Source: an uncultured Aquimarina sp. (GTDB lineage: Bacteria; Bacteroidota; Bacteroidia; Flavobacteriales; Flavobacteriaceae). From it: a DNA stretch of 64,000 bases. The DNA is taken from contig CANNCQ010000002.1 of assembly GCA_947503135.1 (NCBI GenBank), positions 8,643 to 72,642 on the forward strand, written 5' to 3'. The notes below the pieces were generated by a model. It worked only from the letters and a program-made list of their open reading frames with translations. It was not told the DNA's origin and made no database searches. Both the position numbers and the translations under genes were made by a program. Below are positions 40,767 through 50,081 of this stretch, piece by piece. Positions within the stretch are counted from its first letter, which is position 1; the number at the start of each line of letters is the position of its first letter.

Positions 40767-41498
40767 ATGAGATTAATACCAGCCATAGATATTATAGACG
40801 GTAAATGTGTTCGCCTTTCTAAAGGCGATTATAACACAAAAAAAATTTACAACGAAAGCCCTTTAGAAGTAGCAAAAGAGTTTGAAGCTCATGGAATTGA
40901 GTACTTGCATTTAGTAGACTTGGACGGAGCAAAATCAAAACATATTGTAAATCACAAAGTATTAGAAGCAATAGCCTCACAAACCAATTTAAAAATTGAT
41001 TTTGGAGGTGGCTTAAAAACCGACGAAGATTTACGCATAGCTTTTGAAAGCGGAGCCAATCAAATTACAGGAGGAAGTATTGCAGTTAAAGATCCTGAGA
41101 CTTTTAAAAATTGGTTTGTGCAATTTGGAGCCGATAAAATAATTTTAGGTGCAGATGCCAATAATGAAAAAATAGCCGTTAGTGGTTGGTTGGAAGAAAG
41201 CGATCAAGAGCTTATTCCTTTCGTACAAGCATATCAAGAACAAGGAGTTAGTTATGTAATTTGTACCGACATTAGTAAGGACGGAATGCTTCAAGGTCCT
41301 TCATTTGATTTATATCAAAAAATGCTAAAAGAAATTCCTAACATTAAGCTAATTGCTTCGGGAGGGATTTCTACTTTTAACGAATTACCTAAACTGGCTG
41401 AAATAGGTTGTGAGGGAACAATTATCGGAAAAGCGATATATGAAAATAGAATTTCAATGAAGCAATTGGAAGATTATATATTAAATAGTACCAAGTAA
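40767..41498 (+). CDS. hisA: ProFAR isomerase
   Basis: [29 protein letters not shown] and ASGG. Confidence 0.95.
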   Translation: MRLIPAIDIIDGKCVRLSKGDYNTKKIYNESPLEVAKEFEAHGIEYLHLVDLDGAKSKHIVNHKVLEAIASQTNLKIDFGGGLKTDEDLRIAFESGANQITGGSIAVKDPETFKNWFVQFGADKIILGADANNEKIAVSGWLEESDQELIPFVQAYQEQGVSYVICTDISKDGMLQGPSFDLYQKMLKEIPNIKLIASGGISTFNELPKLAEIGCEGTIIGKAIYENRISMKQLEDYILNSTK

Positions 41499-41555
41499 TT
41501 GGTTTAAGGTGTAAAGTAGGCTTGCTTTGTGCTTAAAACTCCATACTAATAACAT

Positions 41556-42311
41556 ATGTTAACAAAAAGAATTGTACCCTGTTTAGATATAAAAAACGGT
41601 CGCACCGTAAAAGGAGTGAATTTTGTAGATTTACGTGATGCAGGTGACCCTGTAGAATTAGCGGCAATTTATGCAAAAACAGGAGCCGATGAGTTGGTTT
41701 TTTTAGATATATCGGCAACAGAAGAACGCCGAAAAACATTAGCTAATTTAGTGCGCAACGTAGCCGAAAAAGTAAATATTCCGTTTACAGTAGGCGGAGG
41801 AATTTCATCGGTCGAAGACGTAGATATTTTACTTCAAAACGGTGCTGATAAGGTTTCTGTTAATTCTTCGGCTGTAAAGCGTCCAGAATTAATAAACGAA
41901 CTTTCGGCTAAGTTCGGTAGTCAGTGTATTACAGTAGCTATCGACGCCAAGCAAATCAACGGTCAATGGATTGTTCATTTAGTAGGAGGAAAAGTTCCCA
42001 CAGAGCTTAATTTGTTTGATTGGGCTAAGGAAGTTGAATCTCGTGGAGCGGGAGAAATTTTATTTACGTCCATGGATAATGACGGCACTAAAGATGGTTT
42101 TGCAAACGAGGCTCTAGCTCGTTTAAGTACCGAACTTAATATTCCAATTATAGCTTCTGGAGGAGCAGGAAATATGCAACATTTTGTAGATACCTTTAAA
42201 AAAGGAAAGTCCGATGCTGCTTTAGCTGCTAGTGTTTTTCATTTTAAAGAAATAGGAATTCCTGAGTTAAAAGAAAAATTGAAACAAGAAGGTATAGCGG
42301 TTAGAATTTAA
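41556..42311 (+). CDS. hisF: Imidazole glycerol phosphate synthase, cyclase subunit
   Basis: [21 protein letters not shown] and ALAASVFH. Confidence 0.95.
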   Translation: MLTKRIVPCLDIKNGRTVKGVNFVDLRDAGDPVELAAIYAKTGADELVFLDISATEERRKTLANLVRNVAEKVNIPFTVGGGISSVEDVDILLQNGADKVSVNSSAVKRPELINELSAKFGSQCITVAIDAKQINGQWIVHLVGGKVPTELNLFDWAKEVESRGAGEILFTSMDNDGTKDGFANEALARLSTELNIPIIASGGAGNMQHFVDTFKKGKSDAALAASVFHFKEIGIPELKEKLKQEGIAVRI

Positions 42312-42354
42312 AATAGTTTTATATTTAAAGCATTAATTTATAGTATTATACAAA

Positions 42355-43050
42355 ATGGAAAACCAAATTTTACCAATTAGTACTTTATCAGAAGAGCGCA
42401 AAGTTGCCTTCTATCAAAAGACATACACACATTTAGCCTTTGCAGTTTTACTTTTTGTAGCTGTAGAATGGCTTTTTTTCCAGAGTGAAACCATTGTAAA
42501 TTTTGCATTTTCCATGACTCAAGGTTGGAGGTGGCTTTTAATGTTAGGTGGTTTTATGGTAGCAACCAACTATGCCGAAAAAATGGCTTTAAACAATCAT
42601 AACATCAATCAACAATACGCAGGGTTATTGATATACGTAATTGCTGAAGCCTTCATTTTTATACCACTAATAGGTATAGCCATGACTATTGCCGAATCAG
42701 GTGGAGTTAACATATTAAATCAAGCAGCAATTTTAACATTATCATTATTTACAGGATTATCTGCTGTAGCTTTATTATCAAAAAAAGATTTTTCTTTTTT
42801 AAGGTCTATATTAACTATAGGTTTTATGATTGCATTAGGATTAATTGTTGCAGGTACCTTATTTGGTTTTAATTTAGGTCTTTGGTTTAGTGTTGGGATG
42901 GTTGTATTGGCTTCCGGATCTATACTGTACCAAACCTCTAACATGGTGTATAAATACAGTGAAGATCAGTATGTAGGGGCTTCTTTAGGATTATTTGCCT
43001 CATTAATGTTACTTTTTTGGTACATACTAAGCATACTGTCCAATGATTAA
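42355..43050 (+). CDS. Bax inhibitor-1/YccA family membrane protein
   Basis: About seven hydrophobic helices; FYQKTY, KKDFSFL and LFASLMLLFW. Confidence 0.75.
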   Translation: MENQILPISTLSEERKVAFYQKTYTHLAFAVLLFVAVEWLFFQSETIVNFAFSMTQGWRWLLMLGGFMVATNYAEKMALNNHNINQQYAGLLIYVIAEAFIFIPLIGIAMTIAESGGVNILNQAAILTLSLFTGLSAVALLSKKDFSFLRSILTIGFMIALGLIVAGTLFGFNLGLWFSVGMVVLASGSILYQTSNMVYKYSEDQYVGASLGLFASLMLLFWYILSILSND

Positions 43051-43073
43051 CAAAATGTATAGTAACAAATACC

Positions 43074-43109
43074 AAAAAACTGCTAAAGAAATTCTTTAGC
43101 AGTTTTTTT
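43074..43109 (+). terminator. Intrinsic terminator
   Basis: aaaaaactgctaaagaa-a-ttctttagcagttttttt. Confidence 0.85.
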
Positions 43110-43147
43110 ATAGCATAAAGGTTTATTTTAGAATTAAATATATATCC

Positions 43148-43699
43148 ATGAATAATAAAGAAATTGCGATACTGGCAGGCGGATGTTTTTGGTGTACAGA
43201 AGCTGTTTTTCAACGATTAGAAGGAGTTCAAAAAGTTAGATCTGGGTTTAGTGGAGGCCATATTAAAAACCCTGCGTACAGAGAGGTAACTACAGAACGC
43301 ACAGGACATGCAGAGGCTATTGAAATAACTTTTGATAATGAGGTAATACAATTTCAACAGCTATTAGAAGTTTTTTTTGCAACTCACGATCCTACAACTT
43401 TAAATAGGCAAGGGGCAGACAAAGGAACTCATTACAGGAGTGCTGTGTTTTATACTTCTGAAGAGCAAAAACTAATTTCCGAAGCTTATATTAAGCAATT
43501 AGAAGAAGCATCAGTTTTTCCAGACAAAATAGTTACAGAGGTCACTAAGTTTGAAGCTTTTTATCCTGCGGAAGATTATCATAACGACTACTTCAATCAA
43601 AATAAAGAACAAGGCTATTGCAAGTTTGTTATTCAACCTAAAATAGATAAGTTAAATACTTATTTCCGTAAAGAAATAAAAAAAGATTTTTTGGAATAA
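43148..43699 (+). CDS. msrA: Peptide methionine sulfoxide reductase A
   Basis: GGCFWC, TGHAE, HDPT and AEDYH. Confidence 0.95.
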   Translation: MNNKEIAILAGGCFWCTEAVFQRLEGVQKVRSGFSGGHIKNPAYREVTTERTGHAEAIEITFDNEVIQFQQLLEVFFATHDPTTLNRQGADKGTHYRSAVFYTSEEQKLISEAYIKQLEEASVFPDKIVTEVTKFEAFYPAEDYHNDYFNQNKEQGYCKFVIQPKIDKLNTYFRKEIKKDFLE

Positions 43700-43726
43700 G
43701 ATTTGTACTACAAATATAAAAGCACA

Positions 43727-44005
43727 ATGAATAAATTTACTATTTTATTTCTAAGCCTATTATTTGATGGCATAGGAATGATTTCTTATACGATACTAGG
43801 TTTCGGAGAAGCTACTGACGCAGTTTGGGCACCAATTTCTGCATGGTTAATGACAAAGTTATATAAAGGCAAAGAAGGTAAAATAGCCGGGGTCATTACT
43901 TTTATAGAAGAAGCTATACCTGGTATTGATATTATACCCACTTTTACATTAATGTGGATATACACTTACATTATCTCTAATAAAAGTTCTGAAAATTCTA
44001 AGTAA
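43727..44005 (+). CDS. Small hypothetical membrane protein
   Basis: Hydrophobic ORF with D..WAP and DIIPTFTLMW; ATG at 43727. Confidence 0.65.
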   Translation: MNKFTILFLSLLFDGIGMISYTILGFGEATDAVWAPISAWLMTKLYKGKEGKIAGVITFIEEAIPGIDIIPTFTLMWIYTYIISNKSSENSK

Positions 44006-44080
44006 ATACTAAAGAGAATTACTGTAATTGGTAAAAAAGTATTTTCAATTTTTAAAAATACAAAACAGCATATATACTTT

Positions 44081-44599
44081 ATGAAATTAGTAAAAACTAT
44101 TATTTTTTTAGCATCAACAGCGCTTGTAATTTCCTGTGGAACTAGTGAACGAATAATTACTAAAAAAGGGGAAGTTTACGATGTTAAAGGAAAAAAAATA
44201 CAAAAGGCAGGTACGAATATTACAAAAACATTGAGTTCTTCAGAAAAAAAGAATATTTATGATTTGGTTGATTTAACAGTAGAACAAAGAAAAGAAGAGT
44301 TAAAACAGCTTAAAGAGTTAGAAAAGGGGATTGATAAGCAAAAGCAAATAGAAGAGGAAGCTAAAATTAAAAAAGAGGCTTTTCAAAGTCAATTAGAAAG
44401 TTTAAAGAGTAAAATTAAAACGAATACCGAAGCTAAGACAAACTACATAAAGTTAAAAAACAACTATAATAAAGAACAAAAAGTGTTTAATGCTTTGAAA
44501 GCTAAAGGAGAACTTTCAGAATCCAAATTAAGGGAATGGAATGATAAATTAGGTAAGCTTGAGCAAAAATTAAACTCAGCAAAATCAAAAATTAATTAA
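44081..44599 (+). CDS. Hypothetical lipoprotein with Lys/Glu-rich coiled coil
   Basis: Lipobox LVISC; charged, heptad-like C-terminal two thirds. Confidence 0.65.
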   Translation: MKLVKTIIFLASTALVISCGTSERIITKKGEVYDVKGKKIQKAGTNITKTLSSSEKKNIYDLVDLTVEQRKEELKQLKELEKGIDKQKQIEEEAKIKKEAFQSQLESLKSKIKTNTEAKTNYIKLKNNYNKEQKVFNALKAKGELSESKLREWNDKLGKLEQKLNSAKSKIN

Positions 44600-44702
44600 T
44601 CTTCAACCAATATATTAGAATCTCCCTATTTCATTGGCTATAAAAATATAAACCGTTATTTTTAGGTAATTATTATAAATAAAAGCTAAGAAAAAGTAAA
44701 AA

Positions 44703-45725
44703 ATGAAAATTAACGATAAATCAAATTACCAAAAATACCACCCGAATAATAAGCGTTATGAGGAAATGAATTACAATAGAAGCGGTAAGAGTGGAGTTTT
44801 ATTACCGTCTATTTCTTTAGGATTATGGCATAACTTTGGCAAATATGATTTACAAGCAAATGCAGAAGCTATTTTAAGAACAGCCTTCGACAATGGAATT
44901 ACACACTTTGACTTAGCCAATAATTATGGACCACCATTTGGCAGTGCAGAGGCCAATTTCGGAATGTTGTATAAGCAAAATTTTGAGGGCTACCGTGATG
45001 AGCTTTTTATAGCTACTAAAGCAGGTTACGACATGTGGGAAGGACCTTACGGAAACTTTGGATCACGTAAATATTTAATTTCAAGTTTGGATCAAAGTTT
45101 AAAACGAATGAATTTAGACTATGTAGATGTGTTTTATCACCATAGGCCAGACCCAGATACTCCTTTAGAAGAAACAGCCATAGCTTTACATGATATTGTA
45201 AGGCAAGGAAAAGCACTTTATGTTGGAATTTCTAATTATGAAGCTGAGGGTATTATAGAAATGAGTAAACTTTTAAAAGAACTTAAAGTTCCTTTTATCA
45301 TAGAACAAGCAAAGTATTCAATGCTCGATCGGAGTATCGAAAAAACTATTTTACCAACTATAATTAAACAGAATTTAGGATGTATTGCTTTTTCTCCTTT
45401 GGCACAGGGTATGTTAACAAATAAATACATTGACGGCATACCAACAAATTCTAGAGCAGCAAAAGGGAAAACATATTTAGAAATTAATGAGGTTGAGGAA
45501 AAGTTACCAATTATTAAAGCGCTAAATGCGATTGCACAAAATAGAGGTCAAGAACTGCATCAAATGGCTATTTCATGGTTATTAAATCAAAAAGGAATAA
45601 CCTCTGTTTTAGTAGGTGCAAGTAGTCCAAATCAATTGATAGATAATTTAAAAGCTACAAAAAACACTGAATTTTCTACAGAGGAACTTACGCAAATAAA
45701 TAAGCTAACTTCAGATTTCTTATAA
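44703..45725 (+). CDS. Aldo/keto reductase (YghZ/Gpr-like L-glyceraldehyde-3-phosphate reductase)
   Basis: SLGLWHNFG, HFDLANNYGPP, TKAGY and FSPLAQG. Confidence 0.88.
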   Translation: MKINDKSNYQKYHPNNKRYEEMNYNRSGKSGVLLPSISLGLWHNFGKYDLQANAEAILRTAFDNGITHFDLANNYGPPFGSAEANFGMLYKQNFEGYRDELFIATKAGYDMWEGPYGNFGSRKYLISSLDQSLKRMNLDYVDVFYHHRPDPDTPLEETAIALHDIVRQGKALYVGISNYEAEGIIEMSKLLKELKVPFIIEQAKYSMLDRSIEKTILPTIIKQNLGCIAFSPLAQGMLTNKYIDGIPTNSRAAKGKTYLEINEVEEKLPIIKALNAIAQNRGQELHQMAISWLLNQKGITSVLVGASSPNQLIDNLKATKNTEFSTEELTQINKLTSDFL

Positions 45726-45810
45726 AATTAGTTATTTTAGTATACTAAAGAGCATTTTAATATGTTAATGAAATAAATACATTATTTTTGAACTGTATTG
45801 ATATTGATTT

Positions 45811-46560
45811 ATGAAGTATATTTTAAGCTTGTTTTTTACATTAAACCTTATGTTGAGTTATGCTCAATCAAATAGGGTGTCACTTAATTTACCGACTGAA
45901 GATTTTCAATTCTTTTCTGATGCGATAGCTAATAACATTAGACTTTATAAAGTTAATAGTCAAGTAGCAAATGAAAAAGAAGATGTTGAACGTGCTCAAT
46001 TTTTGTTTGATTCACTAGTAAATAACTGTTTAAAAGGAACACATTTTGATAATTTTTTGGTAAACGATTATAAAAGTGGTCAAGAAAGGTATTTGGAAAC
46101 TTTTACCAAGCCAATTTATTTTAAAACAACGGCAACTTGGTGTGAACCTAATGAATCAGAAATTCAAGCATTAAATGATGTCGCTAAAGAATTCGGAGAT
46201 GTAATTGATTTTGTGGTTTTATATTGGGATAAAAGGAATAATCCTGAACTTTCAAAAAAAGCATATAATAACAACATCTCTATTGTTTATGTTGATGAGT
46301 TAGAAAATTATAACTCAGCTATTGTGCATACGGTAAAACATTCATTAGGTATGCCTTCAATAATATTAATGGATAGTCAGCGTACGGTTATAGATATAAC
46401 TAAAAATGTATCGCCAATATTTACAAGTCGTAAAGAATCAGAATTTGTCAAATATGGAGAATTCAATCCACCAACAAGTAAAGATCACTTTGTAAATAGT
46501 TACAGTACTTACTTCGATGCTATTGTGAAAGATGTTAATACAATTCTTCAAAATATATAG
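45811..46560 (+). CDS. Secreted thioredoxin/TlpA-fold protein with degenerate active site
   Basis: Signal peptide; KPIYFKTTATWCEPN..EIQALN in place of WCxxC; GMPSIILMD cis-Pro region. Confidence 0.65.
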   Translation: MKYILSLFFTLNLMLSYAQSNRVSLNLPTEDFQFFSDAIANNIRLYKVNSQVANEKEDVERAQFLFDSLVNNCLKGTHFDNFLVNDYKSGQERYLETFTKPIYFKTTATWCEPNESEIQALNDVAKEFGDVIDFVVLYWDKRNNPELSKKAYNNNISIVYVDELENYNSAIVHTVKHSLGMPSIILMDSQRTVIDITKNVSPIFTSRKESEFVKYGEFNPPTSKDHFVNSYSTYFDAIVKDVNTILQNI

Positions 46561-46624
46561 TATTACAATATCTTTCCGATTATTTTTGTTGTTGATTTTA
46601 TAAGAATATTAAAAAAACTCATTC

Positions 46625-47683
46625 ATGATAAATTTATATAATTCTCAAATCGAGTCCTTATCGGTTCATCGTGTAGGAAACAAAAGTAGAAATGAAGCTT
46701 TATTTTTATCTCAAAATCCTTATCAGTTTAATGATGAATTGAATGCGCTTTTAAAAGAATATTTTTTTAAAGCTTTCCGAGAAAAAGAAGAAAACTATTT
46801 TCAATTTACAAATGAGGTTGATCTTGAATTTAATCCTTTGTACAAAATAGCTTCCGATATTTTTGCAGATCCTAGTTCGGCACATGAACAATCAAAACGT
46901 ATAGGTAATTTATTGTACGATCAATCTCAGCATCCACATATTAAAAGCGGAGAGTTATATGTAACTTATTTAGAAAATTGTTTATTAGATAATAAAAAAG
47001 TAAACGCCATAGGTATTTTTAAATCGGAATTAAAACATGATTTTCTTCAGTTTGAAGAACAGTCCTCGGACTTACATTTGTTATTACAACAAGGGGTTTC
47101 TTTAAATAAATTAGATAAAGGATGTTTAATTTTTGAAAGCGAAAAAGAATCTGGTTACCGTATTTTATCAGTGGATTCAAATAGGTATGATACGAAGTAT
47201 TGGTTGGAACAATTTTTAGGAGTAGAAGCCTTTGCTGATAGTAATTTTCACACAAAAAAATATATTAAGTTTTGTCAAGATTTTGCCAAAGACGTTATTT
47301 TGCCTTCCGAAGATAAAAAGGAAGAAGTTATGTTTATGAACAGGGCTGTAAACCATTTTGCTAAAAACGATAACTTTGAGGAGACTAGTTTTTTAAATGA
47401 TGTTATTGAAAACCCAGAGTTAATCCCGGAATTTAAACACTACAAAGTAGAAAAAGCACCCAAGTATCAAATTGAAGATCTAACAGAATTCCCGATAGCA
47501 AATACAGCAGTATCTGATGCACGTAAAAAAATTAAAAACGTAATAAACTTAGATACCAATGTGCAAATTAAGATGGATTTTATAAATCCTGAATCTGCTG
47601 AAAAGTTTATAGAAAAAGGTTGGGACGAAGAAAAGCAGATGTACTATTATTTAGTGTATTTTAATAAAGAGCAAAAGGATTAA
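46625..47683 (+). CDS. Nucleoid-associated protein (NdpA/YejK-like)
   Basis: HRVGNK, HPHIKSGELYV, AIGIFKSE, LDKGCLIF and YWLEQFL. Confidence 0.75.
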   Translation: MINLYNSQIESLSVHRVGNKSRNEALFLSQNPYQFNDELNALLKEYFFKAFREKEENYFQFTNEVDLEFNPLYKIASDIFADPSSAHEQSKRIGNLLYDQSQHPHIKSGELYVTYLENCLLDNKKVNAIGIFKSELKHDFLQFEEQSSDLHLLLQQGVSLNKLDKGCLIFESEKESGYRILSVDSNRYDTKYWLEQFLGVEAFADSNFHTKKYIKFCQDFAKDVILPSEDKKEEVMFMNRAVNHFAKNDNFEETSFLNDVIENPELIPEFKHYKVEKAPKYQIEDLTEFPIANTAVSDARKKIKNVINLDTNVQIKMDFINPESAEKFIEKGWDEEKQMYYYLVYFNKEQKD

Positions 47684-47715
47684 TTGTTATTAAATTATTT
47701 CTTTTAAAAGTTCAT

Positions 47716-47748
47716 AAAACCCCGGAATATATCATATTCTGGGGTTTT
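47716..47748 (+). terminator. Intrinsic terminator
   Basis: aaaaccccggaatat-atc-atattctggggtttt. Confidence 0.75.
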
Positions 47749-47819
47749 CGTTTAAATGACAAAGAAAACAACTTTTTAAACCCTAAGCTTTAGTTTACCT
47801 TTGTAGGAAACTAAACGAT

Positions 47820-48929
47820 ATGACATTTCAACAATTAGGTATTTCTGAAGATTTAAATAAAGGATTAGGGGAATTGGGTATTAAATCTCCTACCAAAATT
47901 CAAGAACAAGCTATCCCTGTATTGTTAGAAGGAAGGAATGACTTTATTGGTAAAGCTCAAACGGGAACAGGTAAAACAGCCGCTTTTGGATTGCCTTTAT
48001 TAATGCAAATTAATCCTGCAAAAAACATTACCCAAAGCTTAATATTAGCACCTACTCGTGAATTAGCCCAACAAATAGCCAAACAGTTATTTAAGTTTAC
48101 TAAATACAGCGAAAAAGTATTTACAGAAGCAGTGTATGGAGGAGAAAAAATAGATAGACAAATACAACGTTTACAACGTCCTACTCACATTATTGTAGCT
48201 ACTCCTGGGCGCTTAGTAGATCTAATAAAGCGCAAAGCCGTTGATATACGATACATTAAAACAATTGTATTAGATGAAGCTGATGAAATGCTTAGTATGG
48301 GTTTCAAAAAAGAGCTAGAATTTATACTGAAAACAATTAACGAACAGCGTAATGTTTGGATGTTTTCGGCGACAATGCCTGTTGAACTACAAAATATCGT
48401 AAATAAATACGTTTCACCCAGAGTAATTACTGTAGAAATAGACAAAAAAGACACTACTAATAAAAATATTCAACATCAGTTTGTGGTAGGTGAAGATGGG
48501 AATAAGGTAGATACAATGACATTTTTTTTAAAAACTCAAAAAAAAGACAGAGGAATTATTTTTTGTAGAACCAAGGTCGCAGCGCGTAAGTTAACAGAGC
48601 AGTTACAACAACGTAATTTTGAAATAGGGATTTTGGAGGGAGATATGAATCAAAAAGATCGCGATAAAGTTATGCGCGCTTTTAAAAATAAAAAAATTAA
48701 TTTATTGGTAGCTACGGATGTAGCAGCAAGAGGTATTGATGTTGATAATTTAGCTTTTGTATTACATTATCAATTACCCGATCAGGCAGAGTATTATATA
48801 CATCGTAGTGGACGAACAGCAAGGGGAGGAAAAACAGGAGTTTCACTTGCGTTTCTAGACCACTCGGAAGTAAAATATTTAAGAACTCTTGAAAAAACGT
48901 TAGGATTAAATTTTAGTCAAATACGCTAA
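47820..48929 (+). CDS. DEAD-box RNA helicase, core only
   Basis: Q motif, AQTGTGKT, PTRELA, DEAD, SAT, ARGID and HRSGRTAR; TACCTTTG at 47796-47803. Confidence 0.93.
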   Translation: MTFQQLGISEDLNKGLGELGIKSPTKIQEQAIPVLLEGRNDFIGKAQTGTGKTAAFGLPLLMQINPAKNITQSLILAPTRELAQQIAKQLFKFTKYSEKVFTEAVYGGEKIDRQIQRLQRPTHIIVATPGRLVDLIKRKAVDIRYIKTIVLDEADEMLSMGFKKELEFILKTINEQRNVWMFSATMPVELQNIVNKYVSPRVITVEIDKKDTTNKNIQHQFVVGEDGNKVDTMTFFLKTQKKDRGIIFCRTKVAARKLTEQLQQRNFEIGILEGDMNQKDRDKVMRAFKNKKINLLVATDVAARGIDVDNLAFVLHYQLPDQAEYYIHRSGRTARGGKTGVSLAFLDHSEVKYLRTLEKTLGLNFSQIR

Positions 48930-48991
48930 TTTTTTAAATTGTTTTTAAAAGGATTCTAAAAAAAATGTAAACTGTGTTTTATTAGTAAACT

Positions 48992-49975
48992 ATGAAAAAA
49001 AGAAAATTAGGAAACGAAGGATTTGAAATTAGTGAAGTTGGTTTGGGTTGTTGGCAAATTGGTGGCGACTGGGGAAATGGAATTTCCAAAGAAAAAGCTT
49101 TTGAAATTTTAACAGCAGCAGTAGATAGTGGGATTACTTTTTTTGACACTGCCGATGTTTATGGTGATGGTAAAAGTGAAGAGTTAATAGGGGAGTTCTT
49201 AAAGAGCACTGATGTAAAAATTAAAGTAGCCACTAAGTTTGGTCGTAGGGCAGAGGTGTACCCCGATAAGTATACAGAAACAGCCTTAAGAAGCTGTGTG
49301 GAGTCCTCATTAAAACGCCTGCAGGTAACTTGTATTGACTTACTGCAATTACATTGTATACCTACTGAGATTTTAAGAAAAGGCGAAATTTTTGATTGGC
49401 TACGTGCATTACAAGCCGAAGGTAAAATAACTCATTTTGGAGCTAGTGTTGAAAGTGTGGAAGAAGGGTTATTGTGTTTAAAACAAGAAGGAATTCAGTC
49501 GTTACAAGTTATTTACAATATATTTAGGCAAAAGTTAGCCAAGGAATTATTGCCGCAAGCTAATGAAAAAGGAGTAGGTATTATTGTACGATTACCTTTA
49601 GCTAGTGGGTTGCTAACGGGTAAGTTTTCAAGTGATACCAAATTCGAAGAAAGTGATCATAGGAACTTTAATCGTGATGGTCAATTTTTTAATGTAGGTG
49701 AAACTTTTGCAGGCTTGCCATTTGAAAAAGGAGTAGCATTATCCAACGAATTAAAACAATTTTGTCCTACTGATTTAAGTATGGCAGAAATGTCACTAAG
49801 GTGGTTGTTGGATCATAACGAGGTTACTACAATTATTCCTGGAGCGAGTTCTCCTCAACAAGTTTTCAACAATGCAAAAGTAAGTGAGCTAGGGGTGCTT
49901 TCTGAACAATTAGTAACTGACTTAAGAAAGTATTACAATAATAATATTCATGATTATATAAGAGGAGTATATTAA
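48992..49975 (+). CDS. Aldo/keto reductase
   Basis: GLGCWQIGG, FFDTADVYG, ATKFG and DLLQLH. Confidence 0.88.
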   Translation: MKKRKLGNEGFEISEVGLGCWQIGGDWGNGISKEKAFEILTAAVDSGITFFDTADVYGDGKSEELIGEFLKSTDVKIKVATKFGRRAEVYPDKYTETALRSCVESSLKRLQVTCIDLLQLHCIPTEILRKGEIFDWLRALQAEGKITHFGASVESVEEGLLCLKQEGIQSLQVIYNIFRQKLAKELLPQANEKGVGIIVRLPLASGLLTGKFSSDTKFEESDHRNFNRDGQFFNVGETFAGLPFEKGVALSNELKQFCPTDLSMAEMSLRWLLDHNEVTTIIPGASSPQQVFNNAKVSELGVLSEQLVTDLRKYYNNNIHDYIRGVY

Positions 49976-50022
49976 GTTTTAGAGGTGATAAAAATGTTTT
50001 ACACCAAAATAAGATAAGGCAC

Positions 50023-50058
50023 AAAAAAAGCTAATCATTAAAAATGATTAGCTTTTTT
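50023..50058. terminator. Bidirectional intrinsic terminator
   Basis: aaaaaagctaatcatt-aaa-aatgattagctttttt between convergent genes. Confidence 0.85.
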
Positions 50059-50081
50059 ATACTAGTGTGCTCAATAAATAA

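Noticed and set aside
46625..48929. Nucleoid-associated protein plus helicase as an anti-phage module
   Set aside because: They are separated by a terminator and a separate promoter element; the helicase is an ordinary DEAD-box RNA helicase; no defence-island context.
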